The notes below the pieces were generated by a model. That model searched no databases. It saw nothing but the letters and a program-made list of their open reading frames with translations, and had not been told where the DNA came from. A stretch of 61,437 nt of DNA, counting the filler, from Globobulimina sp. (taxonomy: Eukaryota), in the NCBI GenBank assembly GCA_003354225.1. It is 15 parts of 15 records of this genome, joined end to end, with 100 filler letters (N's around TTAATTAATTAA, not from the genome) between each part and the next. Parts side by side here need not be neighbours in the genome. Positions count along the whole stretch, not along the records: positions 20,530 to 24,533 come from PIVH01001757.1; positions 24,634 to 28,635 come from PIVH01001758.1; positions 28,736 to 32,737 come from PIVH01001759.1; 12 more parts are not named here. One strand, given 5' to 3'. Position numbers and translations under genes: made by a program. Below are positions 20,530-32,385 of the stretch, one piece after another (position 1 is the first letter of the stretch; each line of letters starts with the position of its first letter).

Positions 20530-21098
20530 AAATACGATCTCAATGTTATCCAACACGAGCACTAAAAATAAAGATTGAGCCACTAATTGCGGGATATTCT
20601 GTAATTGTTTTGTTTATTACTGTTAGTATAATATAAATATGACGGCGTAGCTATGGGTACCTGGAATAATGTGGTGATCCATTTAATTGGTTTGTACTGG
20701 GATTTGCTTTGGCTGCTGGTGGTCAATCGAGAGGATGTAAAAGCATCGCCGCTTAAGATGATACAAAGTAATGTGAGAAATGATCCATCGCTTTGTGTAA
20801 ATCCATAGGTAAATCCGTAGGTAAAATTGAGAGCATATGGGATGGCAATGGTGGTGACGGCAGAAATAGCGAGTATTGGAGCGATTAAATCATTATATTG
20901 CATATTGAACATATAGTCTGCGATATGTAATGCAGTTAAAATATCAGTGCCTAAATTTAAAACACAAAGGAAATATAATGCAATGTGTATGTTTCGATAT
21001 TTCGTGCAATTATCACTGTATTTGTTATATAATGCATTGGTTGTTATTAATGATACACCTAAGAAGCAAATCGCTCCCAAAGTAAGATAATCACGCAT
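20530..21098 (-). CDS. Hypothetical membrane protein (probably spliced, 3' truncated)
   Basis: Several hydrophobic segments; intron-like sequence near 20600-20660. Confidence 0.5.
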
Positions 21099-21124
21099 TC
21101 TCGCTAGACTTAATTAAGAAAACT
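21068..21124 (+). repeat. Direct repeat of about 57 bp, copy 1 (copy 2 at 21670-21725)
   Basis: AAATCGCTCCCAAAGTAAGATAATCACGCATTCT(C/A)GCTA(G)ACTTAATTAAGAAAACT. Confidence 0.85.
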
Positions 21125-21166
21125 CAAAGAAAAAAACAACGTTAACGATACTGCATATATTATATC

Positions 21167-21463
21167 ATGTCGTTGAGGAAGATGTTGATGATTATTGGTA
21201 TTTTAATTAGTGCCCATCGTGTGGAAGGTGGAGCATTTTCTTGTGCGGCCGGAATAGCATTTTATGGGACGTGCCAGACCGCCTGCAATGTGGGTTATGT
21301 GTCATGTTTAAGTGCATCCGGAATAGTAGCGGGTGCTACCGGACCGGTTGGATGGTGGGCCTGGTTAACTAGTGCTGCCACAGCATGTTCAGCTGTGCAA
21401 GGAGTATGTATGGCGACGTGTGCTACGTCTGCAGCTGCAATGTGCGCGGCTCCTGTACCCTGA
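21167..21463 (+). CDS. Small secreted Cys-rich protein (resembles the zygote-specific/fungal Cys-rich family)
   Basis: Signal peptide; YGTCQTACN...C...G...AC...G.CMATC...AP.P pattern. Confidence 0.7.
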   Translation: MSLRKMLMIIGILISAHRVEGGAFSCAAGIAFYGTCQTACNVGYVSCLSASGIVAGATGPVGWWAWLTSAATACSAVQGVCMATCATSAAAMCAAPVP

Positions 21464-21669
21464 TATCACTGTGCAAGGATACAAATATGACCTTATCTTT
21501 ATACTGTTTTATTTCTTTTAAATTTTGACCCAATACCGTCAAATTTCTAATTTTGCAAATCGAAGAATTGAAGTCTTTCCTTTTAGAACCCCCCTGATCA
21601 ATACAACAACTCAAAAGGCAAGCAAAATGACGAACGAGTTAGTGTGGGTCAACTGGTCAAGACTAGTTG

Positions 21670-21725
21670 AAATCGCTCCCAAAGTAAGATAATCACGCAT
21701 TCTAGCTAACTTAATTAAGAAAACT
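21670..21725 (+). repeat. Direct repeat of about 57 bp, copy 2
   Basis: Near-identical to 21068-21124. Confidence 0.85.
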
Positions 21726-21835
21726 AACAACATGCTTAACAAATTAGAATGTGTACATGTAGGACCTGCAAGATTTTGACCCTACAATTGGTACAGAAAA
21801 TAATTATAAATATAGTTTGGCAGATAAAAAATTTA

Positions 21836-22852
21836 TTATTCTACAAGATGTGTTTTGTCAATCAATTGTATTCTTTCTTGGTGAGATTTGGCCTTTTTTC
21901 TTTTTGCAATATATAATCCAAATAAACCCATCAATATAATAACAATAATTAATATACAACTTCCAACCCAATAAACAATGTTACGTTGAATCATTCCTTC
22001 ATTGTCGCACTCATCAACATGTACAACATAATAATCAGGAATATCGTTTATATCCTCTCTTCCCACACATTCCAATAAAGACACAATTTTAAATATTCTC
22101 CATTCATCAAAAACAAAGGGGCCATTATAACTTGTATCATTTATAAATATTTGTATTAAATTTCTTAACGTATTTCCATCAATTCCTTGAGCATTATCAT
22201 GCATTGTAACAATACCACCAATTCGAGCATTGGATGCCATGACAGCCGCATTTGTTGCATTACCACCTCCATTACTTTTATAATACCAATCAACATTGCC
22301 ATGATTCCATTGAAATGCTGTGTAACCTTCGGATTTTAAATAAGATAAAGTTTTATCATTTAAACCACCATATGGTGCACGGAATAAGTTAGGTTTATAT
22401 CCAATAATTGGTTCTAAAGCTTGCGTTGTTAAATCAATTTGACTTTTTATTTCGTCCTCAGATTGTTCAATCATATTCGGATGAGACCACGTATGCGATC
22501 CAACGGTATGTCCATCATTTACCATTCGTTCTATTAATGGAATTGTTGAGCTATCGATTTTACGTCCAATTAAAAAAAATGTTGCAGAAATATTATATTC
22601 TTGTAATATATCCAAAACAATCTCTGTTTCTGGGATGAATGGACCATCATCAAACGCTGAGCAATGTATATATTATAATAAACACATAAGATTATAGAGA
22701 TTTTATTTAATATATAGAGATTATACTGTATAGACAATTCAACTAAGATGCATTTTGCTTTCATCATACGAACATCCATAAACCACTTCGCCTGGATATC
22801 CATAATTATCCAGAATTTTCAAGCAAATTAATACAAAAACAAACTGAACCAT
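21836..22852 (-). CDS. CE4 polysaccharide (chitin) deacetylase, membrane-anchored, 2 exons
   Basis: Splicing restores MHLTFDDGP; HTWSH, FRAPYG, VDW, MHD; signal peptide and C-terminal TM. Confidence 0.9.
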
Positions 22853-22928
22853 CAGTCAAATGTTAGCAGTGAAAGTAATCTTGGCACCCCGCTGTGTATA
22901 TATAAAGAAAGTCACTTGGCTAAACACA

Positions 22929-24533
22929 ATGGAATCACTTGAAACATGTAAAAACCAAAATGCAGACACCACACCTTTTCTTCAAAAAACAGATCGGAAT
23001 TCGAAGCATCGTGTAAAAATAGCATTACTGTGTTTCATATTAATTGTTACAGTGATTATATTAATGATATTAATGGTAACAGATATCATTCCAAACCCAT
23101 TCAAGTCCACTGGAAATGCAAATATTGCAGGAATATTTGGTAAATGGCCGTCATATGGAGGAGGCCCAAAAAATCAACAAATTGCACCACCACAAAGTAA
23201 TATTTTGTTCAATGAATTGAATATTAAACATACCACTTTACAGTGCAGTTATACAGACCAAACAGTTGCATATTCCGGATATGTAACCATTGATGATGAA
23301 GATTATGGGTACATTACAGATGGAGCAGGGAATACATTTAAAATTGATTTGAATAATTGCAGCAAGATTTGGAATGTAAATATTGCGGAGTTATTAGGCT
23401 ATGAACAAGGCTCAATTTTGAGAATGAGAAACACTGCAAATTTGTTTATAAATTCCAACGGTGTCAAAGGTATTTTATTCGGCTCACCCAATGGTTTGGC
23501 CAACCATTTTGTTGGTGTACCAAGATTTGATGGTTGTTGGGCCATCGCATTAGCCACAAATAATGGCTCATTAATGTTTGCCACAAATTTAAAGAATTCA
23601 GATATTGATACTTTTGACTGTAAGTTACATGGATTTATGGTTGATGAAAATGATCACTTTGCTTATGGCGGAATGGTACTGTTATATTGCTTATATTTTA
23701 TATAATATTACATATCTATATAGACGATTAATAACGGCAGGGATATGTCGCAAAACTCACAATCAATGGTGGTGGTAAATCGTGGTAAAATGTTTAAATT
23801 AGATATTGACACTGGTCGACTGATCCATACATTTCATACAATTGACGATGAAAGATATTGGTATGATGCAGAAACGATAAATGCCTCCGATCCATATATT
23901 TATAGAGGTTGTTCAGTGTGGAATATGCCAGCAATAATATCAGATTTTCTACTATTTGGGACTGGCAACATGTATACCTATCCACTATATGTTGAACAGT
24001 GCTTATTAGGAAATTATAGTGCAGTGCCAATGCAAGATATAAATCCTTTTGATCCATGCGGTACGAATAGAGCTGATATTAACTTTAATAGATTCTGGAG
24101 ATGTTTGGAAAAAGATTTGTATCCGAGCAGCTTTATTATTTTAAACAAGCATACATTTGAATTATTGTCAGCCACTCCTTTGGTTGGTATTGACACATAT
24201 GACTGGCAATGCAGTAACGGACTAATTAACAATAATGCCACATGTATGAAAGTGTCTGGTCCCGATGCTGATTTAGTCGCAGTGGCTGCATTCACCAATC
24301 CTAATGATAACAAATTGTATGCTGCAGCCGCTCAAAAATCTGGACATGTACGTTGAGTATATACACAGATATAAATTGTATACTAATCCTTAATTATTTA
24401 ATTAAAGTTTTTCGTTTTTCAAGTCCCTTCCGGTAAAACTGTAATAGCGAAAAAAGTTGGACCAGCTAATGTCGGCGGCGGCTCCATATGGAGTGTTGCC
24501 TTTGCTGAGGAGCAAATGATCGCCATTGTAACT
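22929..24533 (+). CDS. Type II membrane PQQ-like beta-propeller protein (PVA dehydrogenase-like), multi-exon, truncated
   Basis: WPSYGGGPKNQ, GCSVWNMPAI, FGTGNMY, GPDADL, AQKSG. Confidence 0.75.
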
Positions 24534-24805
24534 NNNNNNNNNNNNNNNNNNNNNNNNNNNNNNNNNNNNNNNNNNNNTTAATTAATTAANNNNNNNNNNN
24601 NNNNNNNNNNNNNNNNNNNNNNNNNNNNNNNNNAGCAAACCGTAACCGTTTCTGGATTTGCAAACAACTTATAATTATCATTCAATCTCTGATTTGAACA
24701 TTTTTATTTTTTGTGGAGGCCAGGTGATATTCACAATAATATTATCACGTATACCTTACAGTGCAATGCGCAACGTTTGCTTCAACTAAGTAGAAAATGT
24801 CATAA

Positions 24806-26279
24806 TTAATTGGACAACTCTCCTTTATTTCTTTTATCTGATATTATTAACCACACCGTGCTAATTACCAACCAAATAGAACAAATAATCCATACAATCT
24901 CTGCAATTTGAAACTTATGGTCCATATTTTTCAAATTACTGTCAACTAATCTACCAACAAAAATCGGTTTCAATGCCATACCCAAAGACAGCAATGATGC
25001 GGCTGTGCCAATAGATTGCCCCAAAAACTTACTCTTTACAATAAATCCAAAACAACTCCAAACTTTTAGGAAACAGATATTTTATACAGCACAGTACACT
25101 GTACACAACATAGTGGACACTGGACATACCAATTGAAGGGGCAATGGAATAACCAATAGACACAAATATAATGGGTATAAAATAGCCATCTTCCGTTTGA
25201 TAATCAGCCGCATAAAAACTAATATGAGCAAACAATAAACTCGTAGCACCAACCAATAACCACTGCGTTCTTTTGCCTTTTAAATCAACCACAAAAGCAA
25301 TCATTGGGCCTAAAATAGCCGGTAATAAGTTGACGACAGCAATGTAATAGCCAGCCTCTGATTTTTTGAGTGCAAATCGTGTTTCTAAATATTTAGGTCC
25401 CAAACTAAGAAAACCCCATGTTATCATATAATTAAACGGTATAACAAATGCTGATAAAATCCAATATGTTGCTCCAAGTTCTTTCCAACTCGCAAATATG
25501 TATACTATTTGATCAAATTTACTTTGTTTTGTATTAATATTATGATGCATTTGCAATTGAATATCCATTCTGTGACTGTCTGCAATTGGAATTACACGTA
25601 CATTGTTCATAAATTTATTATCAATCAGCAAAAGCCAGAAAGCAGGCACAAAACCGATAAGCATGCATACAAAACCGAAGGCCATTATCATTGTAATTGA
25701 ATCACAAACATTCAAATTATAAAATGTACTCAATTTATGCATTAGAATAGGCGATATCCAATAGGTAATACTGGCTGTTATTCGTCCAACGGATACACTT
25801 GAACTCATTGCAAAAAACACCTCAGCATTCTCGAAATACAGTGTCATTAATGAGGTTGTTGCAACTTGAAAGCCCTCAGAACTCGATCCATACATTATTC
25901 TGCCAATAAGCATTAATTCATAGCTCTTAAACCAACATCCCAATGATACGATAAGTTGGCCAAATGCGGTGAAAATATAAAGATACAATCTGCATTTCGC
26001 AAATCCGTATTTATCACATAATACACCACTTACTATTGTAAATATTATTGAAGGAATGAACATGACAGAAAAGAATGTTGCAGTTTGTGTATGATTGAAC
26101 CCATACTCTGGACCATGAAAATAAGTCTCTAATGATGATGGTAACTGAACGCACATGTAATGTCCGACGGAGGTGATACATACTAACACAAAGACAATCC
26201 ATCTATGTTTGTTTTTTTGTGGTAACGTTGCTGCTGATGCCGCATTAATAAAGTCAGAACTAGTAGTTTCTATAACCAT
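24806..26279 (-). CDS. MFS transporter (MFSD1-like), 2 exons
   Basis: GVLCDKYG, GRIMYGSSSE, VVDLKGKR; 12-TM pattern. Confidence 0.85.
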
Positions 26280-26325
26280 TTTTCTTGCATCTTTAGTGAC
26301 TTCTTTTCAAATTTCAATTGCAAGC

Positions 26326-27012
26326 ATGGCAACAATCGACGCTCCACTCAACCAAATAAGCCATCAGCATCAGAAATGGAAGAAGAAATCTTGTAGACAA
26401 GAATCAGGCTCATATTACAATAGCAATTACAATAATGAAGAATTAATATCCGATTGGAATTATAATATGAATAATTATGACGATTATAAATCAATGAAAC
26501 CAATGACAGATTGGAATGAGTCTGATGTTGAGAAATTAATATTAAATACGAAATTAGCAGAACAGACGCAATTAATTATTAATTTAAAATGTCAATATGC
26601 TTTGCTAAATGACGTAGCAATAAAACAACAACAATTAATTAACGCAGTACAAAGCAATAAAAATTGTGATATTTTTAATGAATTTATGCAACAAAAAAAT
26701 ATGAATAGGCGGTTAAATGTAAAATACAACGAATTATTTATAAAATATGCAAAAATAAAAAGAAATAACTTAAAGGAGGCCGATAATATCAAAGAATGGA
26801 GTGTCGAAACAGTTATTTGTTGGCTAATAAACTTAGAAAAGGGCAGATATTCAAAATATCAGCACGCCTTTATCCCTTTATGCATAAATAAACAAATTGA
26901 TGGATTATTATTATTGAAATTAGATTTAAGTGATATTGCCAAAATTGGTATTACTGGCTTTTTAGACCAACAATGGTTAATACATCGTATTCAAAAACTA
27001 AATGACATTTGA
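26326..27012 (+). CDS. Coiled-coil plus SAM domain protein
   Basis: WSVETVICWL...KY...IDGLLLLKLDLSDIAKIGI. Confidence 0.8.
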   Translation: MATIDAPLNQISHQHQKWKKKSCRQESGSYYNSNYNNEELISDWNYNMNNYDDYKSMKPMTDWNESDVEKLILNTKLAEQTQLIINLKCQYALLNDVAIKQQQLINAVQSNKNCDIFNEFMQQKNMNRRLNVKYNELFIKYAKIKRNNLKEADNIKEWSVETVICWLINLEKGRYSKYQHAFIPLCINKQIDGLLLLKLDLSDIAKIGITGFLDQQWLIHRIQKLNDI

Positions 27013-27220
27013 TTTGATAATGACACGTATGACAAATTGCATGTAAATTACTCAGTAAATTGCATGCATTCCAGCTAGCTAGTTTTAACTTAATTTTTTT
27101 TACAAATACATTAATTTTCTTAGTGTTTTGAAGAAATCTAAACATATACAAAACTTTCTGAAATTTGTAATCCGTGCGAAAATATTGAAAATTTCTGAGA
27201 CAAGGATCTAATTTAAAGTC

Positions 27221-28078
27221 TTAACTAGCTTTGGAAAACTTTATTATTACAAACATTTCCTGCACAACTCGTTTTTTAATAAGGATTTGAGCATGCAAAT
27301 TATATGGTGGTTGTCTCAAAACATGGATAATTTGATTTGGTTTATTCATCGCAATTGTGACCAAATAAAAAAGAGAATGATTCGACAATAACTTGTAAAA
27401 ATTGCTTTGTTTGATGAATTTATAAATTATATCAGTTCCTTGAATGCCTCCTGACCATGCTGCACTTAATAATTTATCATTTTGTGATTTATTCAACTCC
27501 TCCCTTGTAGTTGGAACATATGGCGGATTAAATATCAATATATCAATTTTGGGATAAAACGTTTCAATGTTGATTGCAGTCAATAAATCGCTGTTAATCA
27601 ACGTAAATTCATTCCTTTTTATTCCATTGTTGAGCATAGTATTTTTAGTTATTTGCAGTGCATCAAAATTTATATCAACTGCAAACAATGAAATATTGAG
27701 TTTTCTGTTTGTAATACATTCTGCACAGTAAACTTTAATAACATTATAAGTGTGACTTAATACGATTCCTGAACCACTTCCGATCTCCAAAATTGCTATT
27801 GTTGAATTTAATTTCTTTGATTTAAATGTTTCATTCAATAATTTCTCATCATTTTCAATACAATCCATCAATAAGTATGAATCTGATGATGGTTCATAAA
27901 CAATGTTATCGAATTCATGTTGACCGATGTGACACATATCAACATCTGGACACTTAGATTTCTTTTTTTCCTCTAAGACGTTCAAATATTGCTTATTTGA
28001 TTGCTTTTCATCATCATCATCATCATGGGAATCTGTATCAGAATCTGTATCTGGTCCGAATAGCCAAGTCAATGCCAT
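27221..28078 (-). CDS. N6AMT1: eRF1 methyltransferase HemK2/Mtq2/N6AMT1
   Basis: VYEPSSDSYLL, LEIGSGSG, FNPPYVPT, AWSGG. Confidence 0.9.
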   Translation of the reverse strand: MALTWLFGPDTDSDTDSHDDDDDEKQSNKQYLNVLEEKKKSKCPDVDMCHIGQHEFDNIVYEPSSDSYLLMDCIENDEKLLNETFKSKKLNSTIAILEIGSGSGIVLSHTYNVIKVYCAECITNRKLNISLFAVDINFDALQITKNTMLNNGIKRNEFTLINSDLLTAINIETFYPKIDILIFNPPYVPTTREELNKSQNDKLLSAAWSGGIQGTDIIYKFIKQSNFYKLLSNHSLFYLVTIAMNKPNQIIHVLRQPPYNLHAQILIKKRVVQEMFVIIKFSKAS

Positions 28079-28164
28079 TTAAACTGTTTTTGAAATCAAG
28101 GGAAATATGAAGACCAACAAAAAATTCTCAAGTTGATGTCTCACATTATTTAGATGGTATATTA

Positions 28165-28635
28165 TCAATCTTTTTTTTCCATTGATATTAATTCCATTGC
28201 TTTATCGAACAATCCGTTACTCGAAAATACATGAACCAATGATGAAATAATATAATTATCAAATTTAATGGAATCATCATTTATATCGTTCTCCCAAACA
28301 TTTATTGCTTTATCCAACTCACCAAAATGCGCATAAATATTAAGAATTACACAATATGTATTTTTATTTGCAATTAATTGTAAATTCGATCCACTTTTCA
28401 AATAATTATATAATAAATTTGCCTCTTTTAATTCTCCATTGTCGCCATAGATTTTAATCATTGTATTCCAAACAGCGATATTTTGCAGCTCATTCTCATT
28501 TGATTTTAATTCAACAAATATCTGTTGACAAATATTTAATTTACCACATTTGCTATACATATTTAATAAATTAATTTGTATTGAAACATCTGATAACATC
28601 CATTCATTTATTTTTGTGTTTAATTTGTTATGAAA
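28165..28635 (-). CDS. Pentatricopeptide repeat protein, 5' truncated
   Basis: LLNMYSKCGKL, VWNTMIKIYGDNG, TYCVILNIYAHFG. Confidence 0.9.
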   Translation of the reverse strand, partial: FHNKLNTKINEWMLSDVSIQINLLNMYSKCGKLNICQQIFVELKSNENELQNIAVWNTMIKIYGDNGELKEANLLYNYLKSGSNLQLIANKNTYCVILNIYAHFGELDKAINVWENDINDDSIKFDNYIISSLVHVFSSNGLFDKAMELISMEKKD

Positions 28636-28735
28636 NNNNNNNNNNNNNNNNNNNNNNNNNNNNNNNNNNNNNNNNNNNNTTAATTAATTAANNNNNNNNN
28701 NNNNNNNNNNNNNNNNNNNNNNNNNNNNNNNNNNN

Positions 28736-29850
28736 TCTTTTATATTTATCCATATTATTATAATCAATATTGATTAAAACAGGATGTTCAAAAGTTATCC
28801 AACAATTATTATTCAATTCAACCATTTCAATCTCTCCATTAATATGTGATACAATGATACATTTAATTTTTGATATTTTATTCCCTGGAAATGAACATAT
28901 ATTATCACCAATTTGTAAATCTGAAATCTTTTTATATTTATTGTGTTCCATTAAAACATTGCCATTCCCATCAAAACACCAATTATCCCCATGATTGCCG
29001 CGTGCACCAATTAAATCTATGTTAAATGTGTCCACATATTGGGGCTTTATTAACGTCTCAAGATACAATCTTTGAAATAACTCAATCCCTCCAATGCATG
29101 CGGACGAGCCTGATGCTGTTGGTAAAGATACATTGATCGCTTTCTTTGTATTTACTTTTTTTAATTGTTTACCAAAACGTTTCTGAGGTTGTTTGGTAAG
29201 ATCTTGGCAACATTCATCCAATATTTTCGGTTCCATATCGATTGCAAATGAAGGTATTGTGTAACGATGATATTTAATTTGACGTTTATTGATTTTATCA
29301 ATGCCGCCTTGCGATAATCTCTCAGTGAAAAACCGTTGAAATTCTCGAGCTGCGGTTTTTATATCTTTTGGGTAAAATATACATCGATGAGCTGTATTTG
29401 TGCGTGCTTCATTCCACCACTCTTTCAAACTATCTCTGTACAATTTATGATCGCGGATTGCATGAAACCATGGCAAATATGTCAAAGAATAACAAATCGC
29501 AATTATACCATTACCAACAAAGCTTACAATCGATAATATTAATCGTTTGGAATTTTTAATTGTGAAATCAATGCACATTTCCCATCATTTATGAGGTTAA
29601 ATAATTCTTCTTTACTATAGATATTTGTATTATAATTATATATTTCATCGATTCGTTTTTCATTTGTTTCCAGTCGAGCTTTTTGATTCACATATTGTGT
29701 TTCTTTTTTATTTGATTTTTCTCTAAAAGTTGCATATGAATGGTATGAGTTACGTATTTTGTCCCAAAAATCTGCATGAAACTCATTCTTTATCAACCAT
29801 TCTATTGTAACTTCTGTATGTTCGTCTTCGGATTCTTCTGAATCAGTCAT
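28736..29850 (-). pseudogene. Hint (Vint-like) domain protein with an apparent frameshift near 29577, 3' truncated
   Basis: CFDGNGNVLM...KKISDLQIGD...WITFEHPV Hint blocks; the two ORFs join if a TG is removed from AAATGTGCATT. Confidence 0.65.
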
Positions 29851-30312
29851 TGTACCTCCAAAACAATTTTCAAAGCATGTGTTCTATTTGTCACAGTCAC
29901 CATTATCAAGTATGTATACCACAAATGCAACAAATAAAAATATAGACATCAATGGTGAAATTAAAAAACCTGTATATTATCGTAAATTGCACACTGTCAT
30001 TCCTATTCAATAAATGACATTATATTTATATTATGAGTTTTAATAATAATCCGCTCTCAACACCGACAATGTCAATGTACAGAACAAACAGATACGAAAA
30101 GAAAAGCAAGTCTTCTTTGGTGTCAATGACCAGAGCAAAGTACCCCAATTCAACAAGATCCAAAACATCAAATACATCGTCAACATCTCGTTTACACTCC
30201 AGTTAATTACCAGATACATTGTATTTGTATACAACGTCTGCAAAATATAAATATAACAGAACGAAGCAAAAAAAATAGCCAACAGACATCGCCTGCAAAG
30301 TACAAAAATTCG

Positions 30313-30996
30313 ATGCATAATTTTGTCCGAGAGTCGAATAACAATGTCAATGTCGATGAATTTAGACATAACAAACCAAAAACGCGTATTTCTGAATTAC
30401 ACGGATTTTTAACAGATATGAATATTTCAGACTTGTTAACAAAAACGAATTATAATCGACGTGAATTATATGTAATGTATGTCCGATTTAAAGCGTTATG
30501 CGCAATGAGTCCAACGCCCGATGGCATCGATCGTAAAACATTCAAACAAGGCGTGGCACGCTTATCCGTCGAGGACGATCTGTTTGTAAATCGAGTGTAC
30601 GATTTAATTGACGAGGATCAGTCAGATAGCATTGAATGGGACGAATTTTTGACTGTGATGAGTGCCCTGGAAAAGGGCAATAAAACAAATAGAAAATCGC
30701 AGATTCAATTCTTTTTTAAAGTATATGACTTGGATGGCGATGGTGTGATATCAAGGAATGATTTGGCAACAATGTTTCTGTCGTCTTCCATGTTGAAAAA
30801 AGATCAAACAACTCAAGATTTGGTGGATGCGTTTGTCCGGAGGGTATTTAAAGTAGTCACAGGAAATGAGAACAAAAATATTTTAACAGAACAAGATGTT
30901 ACAAAGTATTTAAATGGAGAGGGTGCAAACGAGGATGTATGGGATCTATTTGGAAGATCCATGTTAAAAGATTTCACAACAAGAAGAAACATATAA
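30313..30996 (+). CDS. Calcineurin B/NCS-like EF-hand protein (upstream exons likely)
   Basis: DEDQSDSIEWDEF, FFFKVYDLDGDGVISRNDL, LYVMYVRFK. Confidence 0.85.
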   Translation: MHNFVRESNNNVNVDEFRHNKPKTRISELHGFLTDMNISDLLTKTNYNRRELYVMYVRFKALCAMSPTPDGIDRKTFKQGVARLSVEDDLFVNRVYDLIDEDQSDSIEWDEFLTVMSALEKGNKTNRKSQIQFFFKVYDLDGDGVISRNDLATMFLSSSMLKKDQTTQDLVDAFVRRVFKVVTGNENKNILTEQDVTKYLNGEGANEDVWDLFGRSMLKDFTTRRNI

Positions 30997-31033
30997 ATTT
31001 TATTACAAAATATGACAAGCCTTGGATCGGGTG

Positions 31034-31183
31034 TATAGCTGTCCGCTATCTCCAGTATACAATTAAAGTCTGAATTTTTTGCATAGTATTGTAAAATGGA
31101 TCAACATCAATGCATAAACCATAACGAGACTGTATACACAAATTCAGACTTTAATTGTATACTGGAGATGGCGGACAGCTATA
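31034..31183. mobile_element. MITE-like element, 44-bp inverted repeats including TA ends
   Basis: 31034-31077 against the reverse complement of 31140-31183, 43 of 44 identical; TA at both outer ends. Confidence 0.8.
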
Positions 31184-31247
31184 ATAAAACAACCAAATAA
31201 ACATTTTGAAGTCTTTAGTCAGCTTTGTTCCTTTTTATTTAAAATAA

Positions 31248-32270
31248 ATGTCCACTGCTTTTGATGTTCTCGCAGCCTCCGTGATTATTTGTTATGCCGT
31301 TGTATATATTGCACACACCAAAGGTAAAGGAGTTTGCAAAAGTGAATCTGAAAGATTATCCATAGAAGAATATGATAAGGTCATTCTATGTGGAATATTA
31401 CAGTCCAAAACATATAAATTTCGATCAAAATGTCACGGATATTGGTACAAATGTTATTTGAATTTTCAATTATTGTCAACATTTAAAGTATTGATCTCAA
31501 CATATTTAAATGTTTATGCATTGGTTGAAGTGAAACCAGATGTCGAGGGTTCAAACACTCAATTTTATACAGGTGTTGTGTGGGGTTATTTGTTAGGTCT
31601 CGGAGTGTTGTTTTATCGCATCCATCGATTGGTGTTCCATTATCCATTTTTATGTGCAGCAAATATGAATCATGAATCATTTAATAAAATATTGCCATTT
31701 TTAGTGTGGAATGTCCAAACTGGTGCTTTGTCGTCTGTTTGTGTGGAATTTACGAATACAATTGTTGGAGTTGTGGTAATTCGGCAAAATCCGACCACTT
31801 CAATTACGTCAATGGTTATTATTGCAATATCAATAAGTTTAATATTTGCTATTAAGAATGCTTATTCTCAATGTAAATTTTTTTGGCGTGCTAGGAAGTG
31901 TGTGTATGGATTTGATTTTGGTGACAATGAAGCCAGATACAATGATCTTGTTCGATTAAAAAAGATGTATTTCGATGTTCATGTTGATTCTGGACGGGAA
32001 TGTGGAGCACGATATATTATTGCAGCATTTTGGTTTGTTTTATGGATGATTCTGTGTTTGATCGTATTTGCAATTTGTACATTATGCAGTTTACGATCAT
32101 ATTATGACATTTGCGGTATATTTCCGTCTGAAGTATGGATTTGGTGCACAATTATTGATTTGTTGGTATTTCCTTTCGCTCCGATCATGGCAAGATATGG
32201 TTTTTATTTAAATGTCAACTCTCGGATTGCAAGGTCGTGGTTTTTTATTTCGTGGATTTTGAATCGCTGA
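31248..32270 (+). CDS. Hypothetical multi-pass membrane protein (last codons may be chimeric)
   Basis: 340-aa ORF with about 7 hydrophobic segments. Confidence 0.6.
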   Translation: MSTAFDVLAASVIICYAVVYIAHTKGKGVCKSESERLSIEEYDKVILCGILQSKTYKFRSKCHGYWYKCYLNFQLLSTFKVLISTYLNVYALVEVKPDVEGSNTQFYTGVVWGYLLGLGVLFYRIHRLVFHYPFLCAANMNHESFNKILPFLVWNVQTGALSSVCVEFTNTIVGVVVIRQNPTTSITSMVIIAISISLIFAIKNAYSQCKFFWRARKCVYGFDFGDNEARYNDLVRLKKMYFDVHVDSGRECGARYIIAAFWFVLWMILCLIVFAICTLCSLRSYYDICGIFPSEVWIWCTIIDLLVFPFAPIMARYGFYLNVNSRIARSWFFISWILNR

Positions 32271-32306
32271 TATGGTAACGCTCTGAAATTTATAACTTTT
32301 TTCCCA

Positions 32307-32322
32307 TGGCACGGATCTGGCT
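32307..32322 (+). promoter_or_regulatory. Sigma-54 (-24/-12) promoter
   Basis: TGGCACGGATCTGGCT, GG-N10-GC spacing, upstream of the AOR gene. Confidence 0.65.
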
Positions 32323-32385
32323 AATAAATCATCTGAGAGACCCGGCAACGGGTATATTAACAACCCCATGATGGAGAACGACCCC

